From contig JAJDHH010000003.1 in the NCBI GenBank assembly GCA_030266105.1, positions 6,269 through 70,268 of the forward strand: a stretch of DNA of 64,000 nt. The letters run 5' to 3'. This DNA is from Eubacteriales bacterium OttesenSCG-928-K08. Its GTDB lineage: Bacteria; Bacillota; Clostridia; Christensenellales; CAG-138. This document shows, piece after piece, positions 57,427-64,000 of the stretch (positions are counted from its first letter, which is position 1; each line of letters opens with the position of its first letter). The notes beneath the pieces are model-generated. The model was given only the letters and a program-made list of their open reading frames with translations, was not told where the DNA came from and did not search any database. The position numbers and the translations under genes are program-made.

Positions 57427-58329
57427 ATGGAAAATAAATTTGATAAAAAAAGTTTTCTGCTGATATTGGGCGGGTATGTCTTTTGGGGCCTCCAGCCGCT
57501 TTACTGGAAGACAATTGGCGCAACTTCAGCGATGTTTAACCTTTCTTGCAGGATAATCTGGGCAATGATTTTTACTGTGGGCCTGCTTGCGGCAACAAAA
57601 CGTTTGCCTGAAATAAAGGCTCTGTTTAAAAACAAAGAAAAAATGAAATTTATTGTCCCCGCGGCGATACTTTTGCTGCTTGATTGGGGAGTGTTTATTT
57701 ATGCCGTGCAGGCCGGGCATGTGCTTGACACAAGCCTTGGCTATTACATGGGGCCGTTTGTGGTTTTTGCGCTTGGAATGCTTGTGTTTAAAGAAAAACC
57801 CGCGCCGCTAACGCTGGTGGCAATGGGTTTGGCTGTTGTTGGCGTTGCGGCAAGCGTGATTTATTATGGGCAATTCCCAATATTGGCGGTGGCTTTGGCG
57901 TTTTTGTTCAGCGTGTATGGTGCGCTTAAAAAGTTTGCGCAGGTCGATTCGCTTTTGAGCATTGCCGTTGAAACGATCATTATGGTTCCCTTTGCGCTTG
58001 CGTATCTAATTTTTGTGGGCACAGGCGAGCCGGGCGGCATGGGCGAGCTAAGCGTGGGATACCATTTGCTGCTCGTAGGCTCCGGCATTGTTACAGCGCT
58101 GCCGATGGTGCTTTATAGCCTAGGCGTACTCAAGCTTCCGTTTGTGATGCTGGGCTTTATGCAATACATCAGCCCTACGCTTAGCATGATATGCGGTTTG
58201 TTTTTGGGTGAGCAGATCACACCGGATAAATTGGTTACTTTTATTTTTATATGGGCAGGCCTCATTTTATATTCAATAACTGTTGTGAGGGAAGAAAAGA
58301 AAAAACGCCTGATGGCAAAAAACGAATGA
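57427..58329 (+). CDS. rarD: EamA/DMT transporter RarD
   Basis: YVFWG..PLYWK, SLGYY..P, YGALKK, LGFMQYISPT. Confidence 0.88.
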   Translation: MENKFDKKSFLLILGGYVFWGLQPLYWKTIGATSAMFNLSCRIIWAMIFTVGLLAATKRLPEIKALFKNKEKMKFIVPAAILLLLDWGVFIYAVQAGHVLDTSLGYYMGPFVVFALGMLVFKEKPAPLTLVAMGLAVVGVAASVIYYGQFPILAVALAFLFSVYGALKKFAQVDSLLSIAVETIIMVPFALAYLIFVGTGEPGGMGELSVGYHLLLVGSGIVTALPMVLYSLGVLKLPFVMLGFMQYISPTLSMICGLFLGEQITPDKLVTFIFIWAGLILYSITVVREEKKKRLMAKNE

Positions 58330-58503
58330 ACAAAACCTCATGGCATCTACTATGACGAGAATGTGAAAACAATGTATGTTCGTTAGCTTATAGCTTTATT
58401 TTGGCAGTCTTTCGTGTTAATATAAGGGCAACAAAACATGGTATTGTGTGCGGGGGCGTGCGCAATACCTTGCTTTTATATTTTGAGCAATGAGGGTAAT
58501 TTC

Positions 58504-61443
58504 GTGAAAATCGGATTGGACGTTGGCTCCACCACAATCAAAGCGGCGGTCTTGTCGGATGATAATCGCCTGCTGTTTTCAAAATATGAGCGCCATTTTA
58601 GCCAGATCAACACTAAAGCGGCGCAGTTGCTTGCCGAAATTCAGGCGCAGTTTTATGGTGCGCAGAATTTTCAGCTTTGCGTAAGCGGAAGCGCAGGCAT
58701 GGGGCTGGCGGAGCTTTGCGAAATCCCATTTGAGCAGGAAGTGTTTGCAACGCGCGTTTGCGCCAAACAATTTGCGCCGCAGGCTGATGTAATAATCGAA
58801 CTGGGTGGGGAGGACGCTAAGATACTCTTTTTAAGCGGACTTTCCGATGCACGCATGAATGGAAGCTGCGCGGGCGGCACGGGCGCATTCATTGACCAAA
58901 TGGCAACCCTTTTGAAGCTCACGCCTGAGCAGTTAAACGAAAAAGCAAAGGAACACGAAAAGATATACTCAATCGCCAGCAGGTGCGGCGTGTTTGCAAA
59001 GAGCGATATTCAGCCGCTGCTTAATCAGGGGGCGCGTGTGGAGGATATCTGCGCCTCTATATTGTATTGCGTGGTGAACCAAACGGTCGCCGGGCTTGCG
59101 CAGGGGAGACCCATTGAGGGCAATGTGATGTATTTGGGCGGGCCGCTCACGTTCATGAGCGAGCTGCGCCTGGCATTTGATAATGTGCTGCATAACACAG
59201 GCATTCTCCCGCAAAACAGCCTATATTTTGTTGCGTTGGGCGCAGCGCTGCAGGCGCGGGGCTACCATTCCCTTTCTGATATTCAGCTTCGCCTAACTAC
59301 CCGCCAAAAGAAATCTTCTTTTGCGCACACAAAGCCGTTCTTCGAAAGCCAACAGGCATATGAGCAGTTTGCTGCCCGCCACGCAGGCGCGCAGGTTTTA
59401 GAAAAATCGCTAAAGGATAGTTCAGGTAAAGCGCATTTAGGGATTGATGCAGGCTCCACAACGCTAAAGGCTGTTTTGATTGATGAGCAAGGCGATATTT
59501 TGTTTTCGTCCTATCGCTCTAACAGCGCAAACCCTGTGCCGCTAGTGAAAGAGATTTTGGAGCATATTTATGAAGAATGCCCGGATATTTTATTGTGCAG
59601 CGTAACGACAACCGGTTATGGCGAGCAACTGTGCCGCGAGGCTTTTAATGCGGATTACGGCGTGGTGGAAACGATGGCACATTTTGCCGCTGCCAAGCGT
59701 TTTCAACCGGATGTGGATTTTATAATCGATATTGGCGGGCAGGACATGAAGTGCTTTCAGGTGGAGGATGGCGCGATCAGCAATATATTCTTAAACGAAG
59801 CATGCTCATCCGGCTGCGGCAGCTTTTTGCAGACATTTGCTTCCGCGCTGGGGCAGGATATCGATAGCTTCGCAAAGCTTGGCCTGTTTGCCGATGCGCC
59901 TGTTGAGCTTGGCAGCCGCTGCACGGTTTTTATGAACAGCAGCGTTAAGCAGGCGCAAAAGGATGGAGCATCTATTGAGAACATTTCGGCGGGCCTTTCG
60001 TTAAGTGTTGTTAAAAACGCGCTTTATAAGGTGATCAGAGCTTCGGACCCATCGGAGCTTGGGCAAAATGTGGTTGTGCAGGGCGGCACTTTTTATAATG
60101 ATGCGGTTTTGCGCGCTTTTGAAAACGAAATGGGCATTGAGGTAACGCGGCCTTCCATTGCGGGCCTTATGGGCGCTTATGGCGCGGCGCTTTATGGCCG
60201 GGAACAATCATCAAAAGAGCACAGAAGTTCAGTGCTTAGTAAAGCTGAGCTCCACGATTTTTCGCATCGTGTGCAAACAACAAGGTGCAAACTGTGCACC
60301 AACCATTGTGAGCTTACTGTCAACCATTTTTCGGGCGGGCGAAGGTTTATCAGCGGCAACCGCTGCGATAGGCCGACAACTAACCGTAAAGCGGAGCAGA
60401 CACTTAACATTTATGAATATAAACTCCAACTGCTCGATCAATATAAGCCTGTTCCAGGGCCGAGGGGTAAGGTGGGCATTCCGCTGGGGCTTAACATGCT
60501 TGAGTTGCTTCCATTCTGGCACACTTTGCTAACCAGGCTTGGTTTTGAGATGCACATGAGCCCCAAATCCTCACGCGAACTGTACTTTGACGGCCAGCAA
60601 ACCATACCAAGCGATACCGTGTGTTACCCTGCCAAGCTTATGCATGGGCATATTCACGCGCTTTGCAGTATGGAAGGTATTGATACGATTTTTTACCCCT
60701 GCATGACCTACAATGTTGATGAAAAGCTGGGCGATAATCATTTTAACTGCCCCGTTGTTGCCTATTACCCCGAGGTGATCGATGCAAACTGCACGGCGCA
60801 GCTTGAGGGCAAAAAGTTCATTTATGATTATGTTGGCATACACCGCCCAAATGATTTTGTTGCGAACTTTACAACCGCGCTAACAAAATATTTTACGGGC
60901 ATAACCACCTCGGCGGTTGGGCGGGCAACGATTGCGGCCTACCGTGAGTATAGGGCGTACCTGAGGCGGGTGCGAAAAAGAGGCGAGCAGATTATCCAAA
61001 CCGCCCGTGAAAAAAAGAAACCTATAATAGTGCTTGCAGGAAGGCCCTACCATGTGGATAACGAAATCAACCATGGTATCGATCAGTTAATTGTTAGCCA
61101 GGGCGCGGCGGTAATCAGCGAGGATTGTGTAAGCCACCTTATGAATAAGGAAAATGTGCGCGTGTTGAACCAGTGGACATACCATGCACGCTTGTATGCC
61201 GCTGCGCGCTACATAATAAACGAGCCGGATATGAACCTTGTGCAGCTTGTTAGCTTTGGCTGCGGCCTTGACGCTGTGACGGCGGATGAGGTGCGTGAAA
61301 TATTGCAGCGAGGCAACAAGCTTTACACTCAGATTAAAATAGACGAAATTGCGAACCTTGGTGCGGTTAATATCCGGCTGAGGAGTCTTTTTGCGGCACT
61401 GGACGCGCAGGCAAAAAATAGCGCAAAAAAGGAGGCCATATGA
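58504..61443 (+). CDS. Double ASKHA CoA-enzyme activator (HgdC/BadFG-like) fused to DUF2229
   Basis: GLDVGSTT..ELGGEDAK..MN..CAGGTG..RCGVF; GIDAGSTT..DIGGQDMK..CSSGCG..RCTVF; C..C.NHC; TVCYPAK, SFGCGLD. Confidence 0.88.
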   Translation: MKIGLDVGSTTIKAAVLSDDNRLLFSKYERHFSQINTKAAQLLAEIQAQFYGAQNFQLCVSGSAGMGLAELCEIPFEQEVFATRVCAKQFAPQADVIIELGGEDAKILFLSGLSDARMNGSCAGGTGAFIDQMATLLKLTPEQLNEKAKEHEKIYSIASRCGVFAKSDIQPLLNQGARVEDICASILYCVVNQTVAGLAQGRPIEGNVMYLGGPLTFMSELRLAFDNVLHNTGILPQNSLYFVALGAALQARGYHSLSDIQLRLTTRQKKSSFAHTKPFFESQQAYEQFAARHAGAQVLEKSLKDSSGKAHLGIDAGSTTLKAVLIDEQGDILFSSYRSNSANPVPLVKEILEHIYEECPDILLCSVTTTGYGEQLCREAFNADYGVVETMAHFAAAKRFQPDVDFIIDIGGQDMKCFQVEDGAISNIFLNEACSSGCGSFLQTFASALGQDIDSFAKLGLFADAPVELGSRCTVFMNSSVKQAQKDGASIENISAGLSLSVVKNALYKVIRASDPSELGQNVVVQGGTFYNDAVLRAFENEMGIEVTRPSIAGLMGAYGAALYGREQSSKEHRSSVLSKAELHDFSHRVQTTRCKLCTNHCELTVNHFSGGRRFISGNRCDRPTTNRKAEQTLNIYEYKLQLLDQYKPVPGPRGKVGIPLGLNMLELLPFWHTLLTRLGFEMHMSPKSSRELYFDGQQTIPSDTVCYPAKLMHGHIHALCSMEGIDTIFYPCMTYNVDEKLGDNHFNCPVVAYYPEVIDANCTAQLEGKKFIYDYVGIHRPNDFVANFTTALTKYFTGITTSAVGRATIAAYREYRAYLRRVRKRGEQIIQTAREKKKPIIVLAGRPYHVDNEINHGIDQLIVSQGAAVISEDCVSHLMNKENVRVLNQWTYHARLYAAARYIINEPDMNLVQLVSFGCGLDAVTADEVREILQRGNKLYTQIKIDEIANLGAVNIRLRSLFAALDAQAKNSAKKEAI

Positions 61444-62822
61444 AAAAGCAAAATTATAATGAAACAGGCTTGATAACAGCGGATTATCCTGTATTTACAA
61501 AAGAAATGAAGGCGACACATAAGCTGTTAATTCCACAGATGGCACCCATCCATTTTCGGCTGATTGTTGAGGTGTTCAGGCAGGATGGTTACGATGTGGA
61601 GGTGCTTAAAAACGATGGGCCATCCGTTGTGCGCGAAGGGCAGCAATATGTGCACAACGATGCGTGCTACCCTGCGATACTGGTTATTGGCCAGTTTATT
61701 GATGCGCTAAAAAGTGGCGCATACGATCTTGATAAAACCGCGCTCATAATCACACAAACGGGTGGCGGATGCAGGGCATCCAACTATATTCACCTATTAA
61801 GAAAGGCGCTTGTTAAGGCGGGTTTTCCGCAGATACCTGTGGCGAGCCTCAATTTTTCGGGCTTGGAGCGAAATTCAGGCTTCAGGTTGTCATTGCCGAT
61901 GATCGGCAAGGCCCTTGCGGCCTGTTTATATGGCGATGAGCTGATGGCGCTTTACAACCAAATTAAACCTTATGAGCTTAGAAAAGGGGAGACCGACCTG
62001 CTTTTGAATGTGTGGCAGCAGAGGATAATTTCCTGCTTTGCGGAGGGGAAGGGCCTTAAAAGGCGCGAAATGCAAGACATATTTGAATGCATGGCGGAGG
62101 ATTTTTCTAAAATTGCAGTTAAACGGACGCAAAAAACGAAAGTGGGAATCGTTGGTGAAATCTATGTTAAATACTCGCCCTTGGGCAATAACCAGCTTGA
62201 GGAGTTTTTGCTGAAAGAGAATTGCGAAATCAACATGCCGGGCTTGACCGGATTTTTACAATACTGCATATCCAACGTATCCCAAACAATAAGCCTGTAT
62301 GGTGGCAGCGAGCTTGTAAAAAATGTTTGCAGGCGTGCGCTTGATTTTGTTGTTAGCCGCGAACAGTTAATGGTTGATGCGATCAAAAAGCATGATAACC
62401 TTCGCGCGCCCGGCCTTTTTAGCCGCACGCGTGAGCTTGCGCAAAAATTTATAAACCTTGGAGCCAAAATGGGGGAGGGCTGGCTGCTTACGGGTGAGAT
62501 GGCGGAGCTAATCGAAACGGGTTTCCACAACATCATATGCGCTCAGCCCTTTGGGTGCCTGCCAAATCATATTGTTGGCAAGGGGATGATTTCAAAGCTT
62601 CGTGCGTATTATCCTGAAGCGAACATCACACCTATTGATTATGACCCAAGCGCAACAAAGGTGAACCAGGAAAATCGCATTAAACTGATGATTGCCTCCG
62701 CCGCTGAATCGTTGCGCATTGCAAAGGAATCTGATCGCACATCCGGGCATGTCATTGGCGGCGCGGGTAAGGATGATTTTTTGATAAATATTAAAAAAGT
62801 GACAGGGAGCCTTTACCTTTAA
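61440..62822 (+). CDS. 2-hydroxyacyl-CoA dehydratase-related subunit
   Basis: HNDACYPA, QTGGGCRASNY, GIVGEIY, GEGWLL, QPFGCLPNH, NQENR. Confidence 0.8.
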   Translation: MKKQNYNETGLITADYPVFTKEMKATHKLLIPQMAPIHFRLIVEVFRQDGYDVEVLKNDGPSVVREGQQYVHNDACYPAILVIGQFIDALKSGAYDLDKTALIITQTGGGCRASNYIHLLRKALVKAGFPQIPVASLNFSGLERNSGFRLSLPMIGKALAACLYGDELMALYNQIKPYELRKGETDLLLNVWQQRIISCFAEGKGLKRREMQDIFECMAEDFSKIAVKRTQKTKVGIVGEIYVKYSPLGNNQLEEFLLKENCEINMPGLTGFLQYCISNVSQTISLYGGSELVKNVCRRALDFVVSREQLMVDAIKKHDNLRAPGLFSRTRELAQKFINLGAKMGEGWLLTGEMAELIETGFHNIICAQPFGCLPNHIVGKGMISKLRAYYPEANITPIDYDPSATKVNQENRIKLMIASAAESLRIAKESDRTSGHVIGGAGKDDFLINIKKVTGSLYL

Positions 62823-62876
62823 GCCTCACATGGTAAAATAGCACTGTAGGTAAAGTTTAACTCGCGAGGATACGCA

Positions 62877-63173
62877 ATGACAACGTATTTTTACCAATAC
62901 ATTCCAATATTCAAAGCTTTGGCTGATGAAACGCGCTTAAAAATCGTTCACATGCTAACATGCGAAAGCATGTGCGCAAACGATATTTTGGATTGTTTTA
63001 GCATGACGCAGCCTTCCTTAAGCTACCATATGAAGGTTTTAACGGATTGCGGCCTCGTGAATGCGAAGCGGCAAAAAGGCTTCACAATGTATAGTGTGGA
63101 TGGCGCGCGCTTAAAATCGGTGACCGCTTTGCTCGAAGAATTTTCCGATGGAATGGAAATAAACAAAAATTAG
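62877..63173 (+). CDS. ArsR/SmtB family regulator
   Basis: FKALADETRLKI, CANDI, QPSLSYHMKVL. Confidence 0.9.
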   Translation: MTTYFYQYIPIFKALADETRLKIVHMLTCESMCANDILDCFSMTQPSLSYHMKVLTDCGLVNAKRQKGFTMYSVDGARLKSVTALLEEFSDGMEINKN

Positions 63174-63199
63174 CCGGAAGCCAACAATAGCGCCGTGGG

Positions 63200-63607
63200 C
63201 TATTGTTGGCTTAACAAGTTGTGCGCAATCGTAAGTATTTCCTGCTCGCGGCTGCGGTTTATAAGGGCTTTTGATTGATCATACCCCAAGAGCCAGGAAT
63301 TGAGTATTTCACTATCCTGCAAAACGGGTAAACCATCGTATGGCGCCAAAAAGTACACAACCTCTTTTTCGTTGTTCTTACGGGTGGTGTAAGTATATGT
63401 TTCTCTAAAGCCGTCAAAAAAATCGCCGACAACGAGGCCGGTTTCTTCAAAAATTTCACGGCGTGCAGTTTCTTCCTCAGTTTCGCCAGGCTCTATATGC
63501 CCTTTAGGAAAGCTGATGTGCCCGGAGGTTGTTTGCACAAGCAGGTATTTTATCTCGCCATCGTTTAGCGTATAAAGCACCGCGCCACAGCTTTTTTCTT
63601 GCTTCAT
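63200..63607 (-). CDS. NUDIX hydrolase (Ap4A hydrolase-like)
   Basis: EKSCGAV, PKGHIEPGETEEETARREIFEETGL. Confidence 0.92.
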   Translation of the reverse strand: MKQEKSCGAVLYTLNDGEIKYLLVQTTSGHISFPKGHIEPGETEEETARREIFEETGLVVGDFFDGFRETYTYTTRKNNEKEVVYFLAPYDGLPVLQDSEILNSWLLGYDQSKALINRSREQEILTIAHNLLSQQ

Positions 63608-63788
63608 GAAAAATTCCGCCTTTCAAAAGAATCATGCGTTTACGCAATCTACATTATAGCTTGTTTTGCGCTGCAAATAAAGGTGAGTTATGGGTAAATT
63701 GGATTGATGCTGTAGCACCTGAAATTGAATTGTTTTTATTTGATACTTTTATGCATATTAAGTTGATAAATAAACATTTATTATGATA

Positions 63789-63829
63789 GAATAACTTCAA
63801 CTAACATAACATGTTAGTTGAAGTTATTC
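63789..63829. repeat. Perfect 19-bp inverted repeat
   Basis: GAATAACTTCAACTAACAT-AAC-ATGTTAGTTGAAGTTATTC. Confidence 0.85.
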
Positions 63830-63864
63830 GTTAGTTATAAAAAACAAAATGAAAGAGGTATGGT

Positions 63865-64000
63865 ATGCAATACGAAATCTTTGGCGGAAATTTACCTGCT
63901 GTGGAAATTAAGCTGGATGCTGGTGAAGCCATCTACACAGAATCCGGCGGAATGAGCTGGATGACGGAAAGCATCTCCATGGAAACCAACGCAAAAGGCG
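63865..64000 (+). CDS. AIM24/TIGR00266 family protein, 3'-truncated
   Basis: MQYEIFGGNLPAVEIKLDAGEAIYTESGGMSWM; GAGGT RBS. Confidence 0.8.
   Translation, partial: MQYEIFGGNLPAVEIKLDAGEAIYTESGGMSWMTESISMETNAKG

Overview
Core chromosomal segment of an anaerobic, probably spore-forming Clostridia-type Firmicute (taxonomy inferred from gene content only). No rRNA, tRNA, CRISPR array, IS or prophage is visible. 1-9.5 kb is the conserved yceD-rpmF-plsX-acpP-rnc-smc-ftsY block. It is followed by an ADH-polyferredoxin/AOR/MoaD operon, xpt, rex, a THF riboswitch with folT, a long FtsA-like ATPase with beta-grasp repeats, cheW, mnmE and iorAB. Next come a DnaA-box-like cluster, a cell-wall block (SpoIIQ-like M23, two poly-SH3 proteins, NlpC/P60) and an EF-G2-like gene. 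34.4-37.9 kb holds a WYL-regulated DUF3788/DUF1706/GyrI cluster, a candidate genotoxin-defence module. 38-57.2 kb is a tungsten island: pterin cofactor biosynthesis, tupBC, a type-II ABC importer, a two-headed TupA fusion lipoprotein and an electron-bifurcating-type AOR operon. Two Moco/Wco riboswitches control this island and appear to have opposite logic (OFF for uptake/biosynthesis, ON for the enzyme). The window ends with rarD, an archerase-type activator/dehydratase-like pair, ArsR, NUDIX and a partial AIM24 gene. All family calls come from motif recognition by eye, not database searches.
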